Position numbers and translations under genes: made by a program. A stretch of DNA of 64,000 nucleotides from Candidatus Bathyarchaeota archaeon (GTDB taxonomy: Archaea; Thermoproteota; Bathyarchaeia; 40CM-2-53-6): positions 32,001 through 96,000 of the forward strand of contig CAWHWX010000028.1 in NCBI GenBank assembly GCA_963833125.1, given 5' to 3'. A model generated the notes under the pieces. It was not told the DNA's origin and made no database searches. It saw only the letters and a list, made by a program, of their open reading frames with translations. Shown here piece after piece: positions 52,969 through 64,000 of this stretch; the stretch's first letter is position 1, and the number at the start of each line of letters is the position of its first letter.

Positions 52969-53782
52969 TTAGTTGCTTTGATATTCAACAGACAAGAGTG
53001 CGATGGTATCAATAGACTGTGCTCCCTGCGGGGTAAGGATGCGCACGCGCCCGAGAGTCTCGTAGTCGTCAACCACCCCTACAAACTCGCGATTCTCAAG
53101 CTTCACCGTAACGTTTCTCCCTCGCGAGCACTCCAACTCTCTGACCATTGCGACAATCTGCTCAACCATGCCTGCGCATAACGCTTCGTACAGATGCTCC
53201 AATTCCAAAAGGACCTTGCAAATCAAGGCCTCTCGGTCGATCGGTGCCCCATGGAGGGACTGAAGGGTAGCTGCATTAATGGACGCGCCGATCTCGTCTT
53301 CGCTAAAATTCGCAGTTTATGCCCAATCCTAGAATTACGTATGCTAATTCGTTTCCCTTGGATTTTGCCTCGGCCAAGATACCAGCGACCTTTCGGTTAT
53401 CCACCACTACATCATTCGGCCATCGGACGCACGCTTTGAGTCTTAACTGCGACCCAACCGCTTCCGCAATTGCGAGTGCACCTAACAAGGGAAGTGAATC
53501 TAGGAAGGATTGGTGACCTCCAGGTCTAAGCAAGATGCTTAACCAGATTCCTCCGACTGGAGAAACCCAAGATTTACCCAAACGTCCCCGACCAACGGAT
53601 TGCGTTTCGGATATCGACACGAAACCATGAGGCGCCCCCATCTCTGCAGAGCGCTTGACTATATCGTTCGTAGAGGTGCATTCGCTCGTGATTGAAAGCT
53701 TTCTTCCCAGATGACGAGTTTGCAGGTTCTGGTTTATGATCCGTTCATCAACGTAATTGTGAGCTTCATGTGTGGCTGCCAA
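52969..53782 (-). CDS. birA: biotin-protein ligase (1-nt frameshift near 53313)
   Basis: 'STND', 'GRGRLGKSW', 'RWPNDV', 'KVAGIL', 'GLGIN'. Confidence 0.9.
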
Positions 53783-53976
53783 AATGGGTTCTCAGCCGAT
53801 CCAGATTGGTTCGTTCTCTAATAATCGTGGTTTCGGCTATGTACTCCGGCCTGAGATGTGTTGGCGTAAAAGCCGAGGTTTGATGGTAAGTGTATTGGCA
53901 TGGTTCTGCACATCTGGATTCCCACGGCAGCTCAAATGCTTTATTCTACCGCCGTTAGTGTTGTTTCTGAGCTAAA

Positions 53977-54726
53977 ATGCAGAAATCCGGAGGTCGTACT
54001 CCTACCGGCGTCACTGGACTTGACGAGATCCTCGCAGGCGGTTTTCCCCAGGGTAGAGTTTTGTTAGTACTTGGTGAACCGGGGGCAGGGAAGTCAATAT
54101 TCTGTGCGCAGTTTCTCTATAACGGAATAACTAAGTTCGGGGAAAATGGCCTGCTGGTTAGTATGGAAGAGAATAAAGTCCACTGGGATTGGGAGATGAA
54201 CCAGTTCGGCTGGAACTTTAGTCCCCTTGAGAAACAGAGTAAGTTCTCCTTCGTTGATGCTTCCCCAATTCGTGCAATCCCTGGCGAAGTGAAAATTGGC
54301 AAGTTAACTATCGGGCGCCAAGATTTCTCATTACTAAGCCTCCTCGAACTCATACGCAACAACGCGAAATCAATAGATGCGAAAAGGATCGTAGTTGACC
54401 CAGTCTCTCTGTTAATCTTTCAATACCCAGACGAAACCCAACGCCGAAAAGCCCTACTGGATCTAGTTGAGGCTATGACCGAAACCGGCGCCACTTGCAT
54501 CCTATCCTCCGAACTACGCCGAGTTGGTTTGAAGGGCCGCACCTTGCAAACAGAAGAATACCTAGTGCACGGCGTGGTCCTCATGCAGACCATAGCCGCC
54601 GGGAGGACCATGGAACGCACAATCCAAGTCGAGAAGATGCGAGGGACCCAGATTGATCGACAGCCTAGACCTTACAGGATTACTGAGAAAGGAATCGAAG
54701 TATACCCGAGAGAAAGCGTGATCTAG
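53977..54726 (+). CDS. KaiC-like / RAD55 family single-domain ATPase
   Basis: 'TGVTGLDEILAGGFP', 'GEPGAGKS', 'EKMRGT'. Confidence 0.9.
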   Translation: MQKSGGRTPTGVTGLDEILAGGFPQGRVLLVLGEPGAGKSIFCAQFLYNGITKFGENGLLVSMEENKVHWDWEMNQFGWNFSPLEKQSKFSFVDASPIRAIPGEVKIGKLTIGRQDFSLLSLLELIRNNAKSIDAKRIVVDPVSLLIFQYPDETQRRKALLDLVEAMTETGATCILSSELRRVGLKGRTLQTEEYLVHGVVLMQTIAAGRTMERTIQVEKMRGTQIDRQPRPYRITEKGIEVYPRESVI

Positions 54727-54756
54727 GCGGCGTTACCTAGAAAGATTACCGAAAAT

Positions 54757-55077
54757 TCACTTTTTCGATCTTCTTCTGCTGCTAGTAGATCGGCCTCGGC
54801 GAGTACTAGCAGAATTGGTTGACATTTCAGACGGGGTAGTCTGAGCGGGCTCGGGTTCAAGAGGGGCTGGTGGGGGAGTAGTAAGCATAGTCCAACCTAT
54901 CCACCCGGAAATTACAAGAACTAGGAGTACGAAGAGCAGGACGGGAATTCCAACGGCCAAATTCTGCCACTCTTGTGGTAAACCAATGAACGGCGCGAAA
55001 AAGGCTACCAAGTAAACGATAGCGACGACGATTGAGATTAAGAAGATTACAAAGCCATAACTTTGGTCTTTGCTCAT
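54757..55077 (-). CDS. small two-TM membrane protein
   Basis: 'MSKDQ..WIGWTMLTTPPP'; BRE-TATA upstream. Confidence 0.8.
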   Translation of the reverse strand: MSKDQSYGFVIFLISIVVAIVYLVAFFAPFIGLPQEWQNLAVGIPVLLFVLLVLVISGWIGWTMLTTPPPAPLEPEPAQTTPSEMSTNSASTRRGRSTSSRRRSKK

Positions 55078-55118
55078 CAGGCGTTCACGATCTCATCGCG
55101 AATACTTACTGAACCGAA

Positions 55119-55129
55119 TATAAGCTTTC
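55119..55129 (-). promoter_or_regulatory. archaeal BRE-TATA promoter
   Basis: GAAAGCTTATA on the minus strand about 40 nt upstream of ATG 55077. Confidence 0.55.
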
Positions 55130-55157
55130 AGAAAATGAGGGGAGATTTTTCGAAGCA

Positions 55158-57005
55158 TTAGCCAATCTGCTTGTAACCAGGCCTCTGGCTGACCAGGACG
55201 GGCAGCTTCAACGGCATTGAAGGGTAGCCTTTCGTAGCTATGGCTACGTCCTCGGCTAGCTCACGCACTGTAGAGTTGTATTGTTTGCCGTCCGTCCGCC
55301 TCCGAACAGCGACGACGTTTCCTTCGACCTCTCGCTTACCGACCACCGCGATGTAGGGTATCCAGTTCAATTCGGCGTCCCTCACGCGTTTGTCGACGCT
55401 TTCGTCACGGTCATCAACATCGGCCCTAACATTTTGAGCCGCTAGTTGACTTGCCGTTTTGGTCGCAAACTCCACAAACTCTGGTCGTAGTGGGATGACT
55501 CGTACCTGGCTGGGTGACAACCACAATGGAAGGCTAGGCTTCTCATGTCTAGCTTCCGTTCTTGCGCATTGGTCGAGTACAGTGAATAGATAGCGTTCTA
55601 CTGAGCCGATAACGGCGGTGTGAATTATTGGCGGGAGCTCTTTCTCACTTCGTTCATTGACGTATGATATCCCGAAACGTTTGGCGTTGCCAATGTCAAT
55701 TTGAAAAGTAGCGATCTCCCTCGGCCGTTCAAGCTCGTCTATGATGTGGTACTCAATGTTCAGTACCCAATAGTAGATCCCTTCCGGTACGAAGTTGAGC
55801 AGTGCAGGCTTTCCTTCTCGTTTTACTAGCTTCATAACGTAGTCTTTGTTCGCGTCGAGAAAGCTCGATGTAATATTGTATACGGATACGTAATCTCTCC
55901 CGAGTTTCCCTATCTCTTGGTAGATTACTTCGTGGAGTTTGAGCGTCACGTCCATGGCTTCTTTGAGGTTCTTGCAGTAGATGTGGCAGTCAGGCATATG
56001 CAATTTCCTTACTCGGAATGACAGGAGAAGCTCTCCGCTCTGTTCGAGACGGTAAGCGTCCGCGACTTCGAACGTACCGAAAGGAAGATGCCGATAACTC
56101 AATGACCAGTTTCGTACTGCCGAGAACTGCTGATGACACGCCGCGTAGCGCATGACCAGGCTCTTGTTTTCAGCCTCAAGCCTGTAGAGTCTAGACCCGA
56201 AAAGATCGGCATGCTCCTTAACTGCGGGGACGGAGAGGTCGAACATGTTTGTTCCCTTAACCTGTAGGATTGGGAGCCCAACAGCATTTACCGCATCCCA
56301 CGAATATTGACTGATGAGGTCGAAGATCATTACGCCCTCAGGGCCATAGCGCATGTGGCCGTGGTCTGAGAAGTTCTCCCACTCGATACCAAATTTCTTG
56401 CAGTATTCAAGATACTTTGGTGTTCCACCTGGCAGGCCTTTCTTTAATGCCTCTTTTTCGACTAAGGTCTTGAAGTCCTCTTCTCCCTTTTTGAACGAAT
56501 ATTCTTCAGGCTCGTACAATTGCCCATTGAGGTCCAACACTTTGTAGTAGGTTTTGACGGGGGGCGCTTCAACCTTTGTTGCCCCAGGTCGGATTGTTCT
56601 GGATAATTCTGAAAGAGGATGTCCGATGCAGCTGAGACTGAAACTCTTGTAATAGCCGAAAGGGCTTCGGTATACCGCTAAATTTTGGCTCTTCAGAGCT
56701 TCCAATGACTCTTGGAGAACTCGAACAGCAAGGGCTGGTGGTGCTAAGCTGCTGGACAGGTGGGCGTAAGGATACAGGAGGACTTGATTCACTTTAACCG
56801 AGCGAGCAACCTCGACGATTGACTCACATGCCTTCTGAATAACCTCGCCGGGATTAGATTCGTCCTCCTTCTCGACTGTGCAGAAGGCGACCAAGATATT
56901 CTGAAACTTGCCCGTTCTGTTATCTCCAAGAGTTTCAGGGTTTTTGATCGCTTCCTTCCGTACCTCGTACTCGAAACTGTCACAATGCAGCAGCAATAGA
57001 CGCAT
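55158..57005 (-). CDS. thrS: threonyl-tRNA synthetase, archaeal type
   Basis: Editing domain 'YPYAHLSS', 'MRYAAC', 'YRLEQSGE', 'IIHTAVIGSVER'. Confidence 0.95.
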   Translation of the reverse strand: MRLLLLHCDSFEYEVRKEAIKNPETLGDNRTGKFQNILVAFCTVEKEDESNPGEVIQKACESIVEVARSVKVNQVLLYPYAHLSSSLAPPALAVRVLQESLEALKSQNLAVYRSPFGYYKSFSLSCIGHPLSELSRTIRPGATKVEAPPVKTYYKVLDLNGQLYEPEEYSFKKGEEDFKTLVEKEALKKGLPGGTPKYLEYCKKFGIEWENFSDHGHMRYGPEGVMIFDLISQYSWDAVNAVGLPILQVKGTNMFDLSVPAVKEHADLFGSRLYRLEAENKSLVMRYAACHQQFSAVRNWSLSYRHLPFGTFEVADAYRLEQSGELLLSFRVRKLHMPDCHIYCKNLKEAMDVTLKLHEVIYQEIGKLGRDYVSVYNITSSFLDANKDYVMKLVKREGKPALLNFVPEGIYYWVLNIEYHIIDELERPREIATFQIDIGNAKRFGISYVNERSEKELPPIIHTAVIGSVERYLFTVLDQCARTEARHEKPSLPLWLSPSQVRVIPLRPEFVEFATKTASQLAAQNVRADVDDRDESVDKRVRDAELNWIPYIAVVGKREVEGNVVAVRRRTDGKQYNSTVRELAEDVAIATKGYPSMPLKLPVLVSQRPGYKQIG

Positions 57006-57029
57006 ATCGTGGGTCGCTCCAAATCTCGA

Positions 57030-57236
57030 CTAAACAGAGAATCTCCATTTGTCAAGCTGTCTGTCTTTGCGAGTTAACTTCTTGAATTCACGGTAGTGTG
57101 GCTTACAGAGGTATGCTCTGCGAGCATTACCGGTATTGAGTCCACTGTGAGCTACCTTATCTGGAGAGATCGACCGAATCGCGGCAGCGGTGCAACCTAC
57201 AACGCTACAGTGTTGGCCCTTTGCGATTTTGCCCAT
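57030..57236 (-). CDS. small basic Zn-finger protein
   Basis: 'CSVVGC...LCKPHYREFKK', 68 aa. Confidence 0.75.
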   Translation of the reverse strand: MGKIAKGQHCSVVGCTAAAIRSISPDKVAHSGLNTGNARRAYLCKPHYREFKKLTRKDRQLDKWRFSV

Positions 57237-57320
57237 GGAAACCGCGCTTAGGAAGCTGGAGGTGCCTGAAAAACTTCGTTTCGAAGCCTGTGAGGTGAGT
57301 AAAGTGAATGCTAGGGCTTG

Positions 57321-57872
57321 TTAGTTGCTCTGCCGCCGCTTGTGTCTGTTCATGATTAGTGCTGTGGAACAGAAGACAACGACGATGCCAACAACTAATC
57401 CGGATGGGAATTCTGGGATGGCGGCGGGGGGACCCACTTGGATCGATGCATTACCTACGGTCTGGTAGTCGAGTAAATAGGAGCCTCCAGTACCACCGGC
57501 CCGGATAACATAGACATCAATGCCCACATGCCAAGTGCCGTTGTTTCCAGGTGTCGTGGGCATGTTCTCAGCAGTAACTGTGAAATTCGTCGCGTTGTAA
57601 CCAATTGGGGTGCTGTTTGACGATACGATCGATCCCGAAGGAGTGTCAACCAGGTCTACCCTAACCGAATAATAGTCCTCGCCATTCGACACGCACGAGC
57701 CAGTTACCATCGTAGTTACGAGAATCCGCTGATTTGTCGCTGCTTGCTGAGGATATTCGTACGATACGTTGCTGACCTGGCAACGAGCAGCGAATACACT
57801 AGTGTTGGAAAGGAAGAGGGTCAAAGCTACAAGCAGCAGCAAGACCGCGTATGAAATGCGCCGAGTGGGCAT
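57321..57872 (-). CDS. secreted protein with PEF-CTERM-like sorting signal
   Basis: Signal peptide; C-terminal 'IPEFP', TM helix, basic tail. Confidence 0.75.
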   Translation of the reverse strand: MPTRRISYAVLLLLVALTLFLSNTSVFAARCQVSNVSYEYPQQAATNQRILVTTMVTGSCVSNGEDYYSVRVDLVDTPSGSIVSSNSTPIGYNATNFTVTAENMPTTPGNNGTWHVGIDVYVIRAGGTGGSYLLDYQTVGNASIQVGPPAAIPEFPSGLVVGIVVVFCSTALIMNRHKRRQSN

Positions 57873-58015
57873 TGTACAACCCTTCCGCTATTTTTCTGCA
57901 TTCGGGTATATGTATTACGCTACAACCCGACCGGCCATATTCATGCAATGAGCGATGGTTGCCCGAATCGGCGGCTGATCGATTCGACACCCATGTCACG
58001 AAATGCCCTTAAACG

Positions 58016-58642
58016 ATGTATACCATTCAGCGTTTGCTGGTAAGATTGCTAGGCAAATTCCGCGCTAAGTACGAAGCGGTAATGCTACCGATTGGAAGAA
58101 AACTAGGAAAGCTCGGCGTAACACCGAACGCAATATCTACACTGAGCCTGCTCATTGCCGTCGTAGCTGCCATCGAATACGCTTCCAAGTCGCCAGTGTT
58201 GGGAGCCGTAAGTCTGTTGGTTTCAGGCATCGTCGACATGCTGGACGGATCGGTAGCTAGGGCAACAGGGTTGGTAACTAGGTTTGGAGCAGTCTATGAT
58301 CCGGTGCTCGATAGGTATGCGGAGTTCGCCATTCTGTTCGGGATGGGTTATGGTGGATTGGTGAGTTGGGTTTGGATTATCTTCAGTCTATTTGGAATGG
58401 TTATGGCCAGTTACGTCAGGGCGAGGGCTGAGTCAGCGGGGGGACTGGAGAAGTGCAGTGTAGGAATAGCTGAACGCCAGGAGAAGCTCATTCTGCTTTT
58501 GATCGGCTCGTTAGTTCAACCATTCTTTAATTTAGCCTTGACAATATCGGTCATAATAGTTGGAATCCTATCACACGTAACAGCAGCACAAAGACTCCAT
58601 TTTACGTTCAAGCAAACAGAAGGAAGAAAAGTAAATGTTTGA
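58016..58642 (+). CDS. CDP-alcohol phosphatidyltransferase (archaetidylinositol-phosphate synthase-like)
   Basis: 'DMLDGSVAR...GAVYDPVLDR', 'SYVRARAE'. Confidence 0.9.
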   Translation: MYTIQRLLVRLLGKFRAKYEAVMLPIGRKLGKLGVTPNAISTLSLLIAVVAAIEYASKSPVLGAVSLLVSGIVDMLDGSVARATGLVTRFGAVYDPVLDRYAEFAILFGMGYGGLVSWVWIIFSLFGMVMASYVRARAESAGGLEKCSVGIAERQEKLILLLIGSLVQPFFNLALTISVIIVGILSHVTAAQRLHFTFKQTEGRKVNV

Positions 58643-59561
58643 TTTGGTAGGAATTGGAAATCCGGTCTACGATAGCATAATCACGCCACTCTCCAAAACC
58701 AACGGAAGAGTTCTCTCAGGATGCAGCACGAACGCATGCCTCGCCTCGAAGCGACTAGGTTTGGCCAAAGTTGGGTTGATCGGATCAGTAGGCCACGATT
58801 ATGGGAATAAATTCCGAGAGGACATGCGAAAGTATGGCATTGAGGCACGAGTAGACGAGACTAGCAAGGAAACTGGAGGATTCCATCTCGTATACGACTC
58901 GCGTGGAGACAGAACCCTTGACGTGTTGGGAGTTGCCGCACCGATCACCAAGAAGAGCTTCAACGAAGAATTTCTTCAAAGTAAGTTCACTCTGATTGGA
59001 CCTATACTGGGCGAGGTCGACCTTCGACTAATCGAATTCCTTAGATCCTCAACATCGAGCCGCCTCTTCCTAGACCCCCAAGGACTAGTGCGGCGTATTG
59101 GATCAGACAAGCGTGTGATCCACGAATGCAATGATGAAGATTTCAGGAAGATCGCAAACCTAGTTGATTTCGTCAAACCCAATGAGCGAGAGAGCGAAAC
59201 AATAACCAAAGAGGCCGACCCGCTCGTAGCTATACAGCGACTCTCACAGATGGGCGTGCGTGTTCCGATAGTTACGCTTGCGGAACGAGGTTCGTTGCTG
59301 CTTGATGGTACTAGGTTGCATCGGATACCGGCCTATCCTACCGAGGCCGTGGACCCAACTGGGGCGGGGGACGTCTACGGGGGATCATTCATAACAGAGT
59401 ACCAGCGATGCGGTGACCTAGTTGAAGCCGCTCTCTTCGCGTCCGCCGCCGCCTCATTTATGGTGGAACAAGTAGGGCCGGACTTTCGGTTGGTAAGGAA
59501 AGACGTTGAAGAACGGAGAGACGCAATCCGTGACCGGTTAGTCACGGAGACTTTGTCTTAA
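58635..59561 (+). CDS. PfkB family carbohydrate kinase
   Basis: 'DPQG', 'KPNERE', 'DPTGAGD'. Confidence 0.9.
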   Translation: MFDLVGIGNPVYDSIITPLSKTNGRVLSGCSTNACLASKRLGLAKVGLIGSVGHDYGNKFREDMRKYGIEARVDETSKETGGFHLVYDSRGDRTLDVLGVAAPITKKSFNEEFLQSKFTLIGPILGEVDLRLIEFLRSSTSSRLFLDPQGLVRRIGSDKRVIHECNDEDFRKIANLVDFVKPNERESETITKEADPLVAIQRLSQMGVRVPIVTLAERGSLLLDGTRLHRIPAYPTEAVDPTGAGDVYGGSFITEYQRCGDLVEAALFASAAASFMVEQVGPDFRLVRKDVEERRDAIRDRLVTETLS

Positions 59562-59836
59562 TAGGAATAGTGTCGCTCGTCCTCGGATCTTACCTTGGAA
59601 AGCCCAAAGTGAACTGCGCAGGAGACGCAGTAAAATTTGATGACTTTTTGGCGTTGTATGTAGGTTCCGTGTGCTCTAAGTTCACGTGCCAAGGATGGTT
59701 CCACTAGGGAAACCCATTGCGTGGAACGCTTCGCCTTATCTCGGGGGACTGGTCTGCCACAGTTTGTGCACTGTATCATTACTCCTCGTCCCTTGCCGCC
59801 CTTACTGCGGCCGCGCGATTTCCGCTTCTTAGTCAA
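59558..59836 (-). CDS. rps26e: 30S ribosomal protein S26e (eS26)
   Basis: 'KKRKSRGR', 'CTNCGRPVPRDKA', 'YCVSCAVH', 'VRS'. Confidence 0.95.
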   Translation of the reverse strand: MTKKRKSRGRSKGGKGRGVMIQCTNCGRPVPRDKAKRSTQWVSLVEPSLARELRAHGTYIQRQKVIKFYCVSCAVHFGLSKVRSEDERHYSY

Positions 59837-59899
59837 ACGCCATCTACTTGTGATAGCGCGATGGGGCGTGCTTAAACGTTGTTGTGGAAACCGAAGTTA

Positions 59900-61347
59900 C
59901 TAGTAGGACCTGGCGAAGTAAGCAACCTTTGTGGCAGGCTTTCCGCAATGTACGCACTTGGAGAAGGGCTCTTCATCTTTTAGTGGGAGCGTTCGTATGG
60001 TTGCGCCAGTGTCAGTTTGGATGGTTTCTTCACATTCAGTTGACCCACACCAGCACGCACGAATGAACCCACCCCGACCCTCTACTGTCTTCTTCAATTC
60101 TTCGTAGCTGGATACCGTGATTACTGATTCCTCAAGGGATTTCTTCGCCTTAGCGAAGAGGTTGGTTTGGATTTCCAGGAGGCATTTCTTGACCTGGTCA
60201 ACTAAGTCGCTGTCCTTTACCGTCAGCTTCTGGGCATTATCCCGTCTCACGAGTACTGACTGTTGGTTCTGAACGTCACGTGGACCGACTTCGACTGCGA
60301 AGCGGTACGCCTTTCATTTCCCACTCGTTGAACTTCCATCCAGGCGTGTATTGATTCGCGGAAATCTGTGTGCACTTCGATACCTTCTTTCTTTAGTGTT
60401 TCAGCAATCGTTCGAGCCTTCGCCGTGATCGCATCGCTTTGTTCTGCTTTGAAGTAGATGGGCACCAGAACCACTTGGATTGGCGCGATTTGGGGCGGTA
60501 TTACTAGCCCTTTGTCGTCGCCATGGAGCATTATCATGGCGCTGATTAGCCTCCAGGAAACTCCCCATGAAGCGGTCCACGCGTAATGTACCTGCTCATC
60601 CTTCCCGAGGTACTTAATTTCGAACGGCTTGGAGAAGTTTTGGCCTAGGTTGTGTGAGGTACCCATCTGGATCGCCTTCCCATCAGGCATCATTGCTTCT
60701 AGAGTAGTCGTGTAGAGTGCTCCCCGAAACTTTTCCTTCTCGCTCTTGTACCCTAACAGAACAGGTATAGCCATGGCGTCCTCGATGAGTTGACGGTAGA
60801 ATTCAAGAATCAGCATGACCTCCTTGTCGGCGTCCTCTTTCGTTGCATGAACCGTGTGGCCTTCCTGCCATAGAAATTCCGAGGTTCTGATGAACGGTCT
60901 AGTTGCAGTAATCTCCGAACGCAATACCGAGTTCCAGAGGTTGATCAGTACTGGAAGGTCCCGCCAGCTTCGAACCCACTTTGAATACGCATCGTTCACT
61001 ATAGTCTCGGATGTGGGTCGAACAGCAAGTCGTTCCGAAAGTGTGTTCTCTCCGGATTGCGTCACCCAGAAGACCTCCGGGGTGAAACCTTTGAAGTGAG
61101 TTGCTTCCTTCTGCAGATAACTCTCCGGGACCAGCAACGGGAAGTAGGCGTTCGAATGACCGGTTTCCTTCAGCTTTCGGTCGAGATGATCCTTGATCTT
61201 GTCCCAGATCGAATAGCCGTACGGTCGAAGGATTATGAAGCCTTTTACAGGGCCGTAGTCTGCCAGCTCAGCTTTGGTTACTGCCTGGGTATACCATTCG
61301 GATAGGTCGGCGGCTTTCTTTGCAGTAATGCCAATTTCTTTGCTCAA
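59900..61347 (-). CDS. proS: prolyl-tRNA synthetase, archaeal/eukaryotic type (two 1-nt insertions near 60297 and 60355)
   Basis: 'RPTSET', 'EFLWQEGHT', 'SHNLGQNFS', terminal 'FARSY'. Confidence 0.95.
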
Positions 61348-61666
61348 TACACGGCCTCCTTCGAGAATTTGCGCAATTGCCTTTCTAGTTGACTTTGCTT
61401 ACTGTTGTGGAACTAAAACACCGGAAACTTCCATGTCAGCCACTAACTCTCAGTTATCTTCCCAAATATGGTGGTTGATATTTAGTGTTTACCTGAATCG
61501 ACGATATATCAAACTTCTGAGTCGAGAGTGAACTATCTACAAATTGCGGTTATGCCTCGTGCGAGACGTGGACCTCACTCCTCGATCCTTGTAACCACAC
61601 TCCAGGTCGTGTGTGTTAGAACTAAGGCCTTTATTGTTCAACTGGCAAGGTCGTTTCGGTCGTTCT

Positions 61667-63088
61667 ATGTCGAAGGATACTCGGACCGAGCATGATTCAC
61701 TCGGCGCAGTCGAAGTCCCGGTTGAGGCGTATTATGGCCCAGAAACCGCCAGGGCGATTCAGAACTTTCCTATCAGTGGCATGAGACCCCTTCCAGACCT
61801 CGTCCGTGCCACAGTTCTCGTCAAAAAGGCTGCTGTTGAAGCACACGTTTCGCTTGGATTATTGAACGATAGGATTGGAAGGGCGATCGTCTCTGCGGCG
61901 GACGAGGTTTTTCAGGGGAAATTCATGGATCAGTTTGTTCTCGATGTATTCCAGGCGGGAGCTGGCACATCACACAACATGAACGCGAACGAGGTTCTGG
62001 CCAATCGAGCAATCGAACTCCTAGGAGGCCGCAGGGGAGACTACAAGCTCGTGAGCCCGCATGACCACGTGAACATAGGGCAGTCGACAAATGACGCATA
62101 CCCAACATTCATACGAGTTGCGAGCATATTACTCGCTAAGCCGTTGATCGATGCCATAACGGCGTTAAAAGATTCCTTAGCTGAAAAGGCGAAGCAATTT
62201 GACCACGTGGTAAAATCGGGCCGAACTCATCTGCAGGATGCGTCTGCGATTCGCCTCGGTCAAGAGTTCGACGCTTGGGCAGCTATAGTCGGAGATGACC
62301 TCAAAACTATCGAGGCATCGTTAGACAAGATTTTAGAACTCAATTTAGGCGGCACTGCTGTCGGGACGGGTCTGAACGCTGATCCTCGCTATGTTCAGTT
62401 AGCAGTTGAGAACCTTAGCAAGTATACGGGATTCAAGTTCAGAGTTGCGCGTAATTTCGCGGCACTGATGCAATCGATGGCTGACTTCATCAACTTATCC
62501 GGTGCGTTACGGACATTGAGCTTGGACCTTACGAAAATTGCGAACGATATTCGCTTGCTGAGTTCAGGACCGACAACGGGCATTGGTGAGATCACCTTAC
62601 CTGCAGTTCAACCTGGATCATCGATTATGCCCGGAAAGGTGAATCCGTCCATTGCTGAGATGCTGAACATGGTGTGCTTCGAAGTGATCGGGAACGACTT
62701 CACAGCAATGATGGCTGCACAGGCTGGGCAACTCGAACTCAACGTGATGATGCCTGTGATAGCCCACGATCTAACTCAATCACTCCTCATACTAACAAAT
62801 GGAATCAACGTGTTCACCAACCGACTTGTCAAAGGCATAGAGGCCAACGAGAAGAGATGCAGGGAATTGTTCGAGAAAAGCGCGGGCATCGCCTTAGCGC
62901 TAAACCCGTTCATCGGTTACGAGAAAGCAGCGGAGGTGGCTAAGGAGGCCCTTAAGAGGAATGTCTCTCTGCGGCAGGTGGTTTTGGAGAAGGGCCTTCT
63001 TTCAGAGGCGCAGTTAGAGGAAATTTTGGATCCACGCTCTATGACAACGCCGGGAGTTCACGGTAAAGAAAAGGGAAAAGGAAAGTAG
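61667..63088 (+). CDS. aspA: aspartate ammonia-lyase / class II fumarase family
   Basis: 'RTEHDSLG', 'GAGTSHNMN', 'GSSIMPGKVNP'. Confidence 0.85.
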   Translation: MSKDTRTEHDSLGAVEVPVEAYYGPETARAIQNFPISGMRPLPDLVRATVLVKKAAVEAHVSLGLLNDRIGRAIVSAADEVFQGKFMDQFVLDVFQAGAGTSHNMNANEVLANRAIELLGGRRGDYKLVSPHDHVNIGQSTNDAYPTFIRVASILLAKPLIDAITALKDSLAEKAKQFDHVVKSGRTHLQDASAIRLGQEFDAWAAIVGDDLKTIEASLDKILELNLGGTAVGTGLNADPRYVQLAVENLSKYTGFKFRVARNFAALMQSMADFINLSGALRTLSLDLTKIANDIRLLSSGPTTGIGEITLPAVQPGSSIMPGKVNPSIAEMLNMVCFEVIGNDFTAMMAAQAGQLELNVMMPVIAHDLTQSLLILTNGINVFTNRLVKGIEANEKRCRELFEKSAGIALALNPFIGYEKAAEVAKEALKRNVSLRQVVLEKGLLSEAQLEEILDPRSMTTPGVHGKEKGKGK

Positions 63089-63094
63089 GGGATT

Positions 63095-64000
<906 letters not shown>

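Noticed and set aside
49570-53320. Frameshifts in BCCP, biotin carboxylase and birA as introns
   Set aside because: These are 1-nt insertions or a 2-nt deletion, with no removable insert.
60290-60360. Split proS as a pseudogene or intron-containing gene
   Set aside because: Two 1-nt insertions in an essential gene indicate consensus errors.

Overview
The window joins at least two organisms. Bases 1 to ~32,792 are bacterial and Acidobacteriota-like. They carry an SDR, an APC permease, tRNA-Pro, tatA, a frameshifted RND efflux operon, galK/galT, a GldA/F/G-DUF4340 ABC module, LacI, a TonB-receptor fragment, tRNA-Val, and a decaying island with larB, integrase and site-2-protease remnants. Probable contig joins lie at ~2,363 and ~24,147. 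Bases ~32,793 to 64,000 are archaeal (TACK, probably Bathyarchaeia-like). They carry a PolB2 fragment, a tandem-Lrp regulator, MeaB, two acyl-CoA mutase large subunits with one B12-binding subunit, thiolase/DUF35 modules, split MetE plus MetF, a biotin carboxylase system, a KaiC-like ATPase, ThrRS, eS26, ProRS, AspA and OFOR-beta. The main finding is a 17-nt insertion (40604-40620) in the B12-binding mutase subunit gene. It folds into a canonical bulge-helix-bulge motif, and cleavage at the standard positions exactly restores the L-D-G-H-D cobalamin-binding motif, so it looks like a tRNA-type intron in an archaeal metabolic mRNA. A second candidate system is a 16-aa micro-peptide gene with its own promoter, SD, palindrome and terminator, convergent with a large zincin-like/tandem-Lrp regulator. 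Most other frameshifts are 1-2 nt and look like sequencing errors. Taxonomy and products come from motif recognition only; no database search was run.
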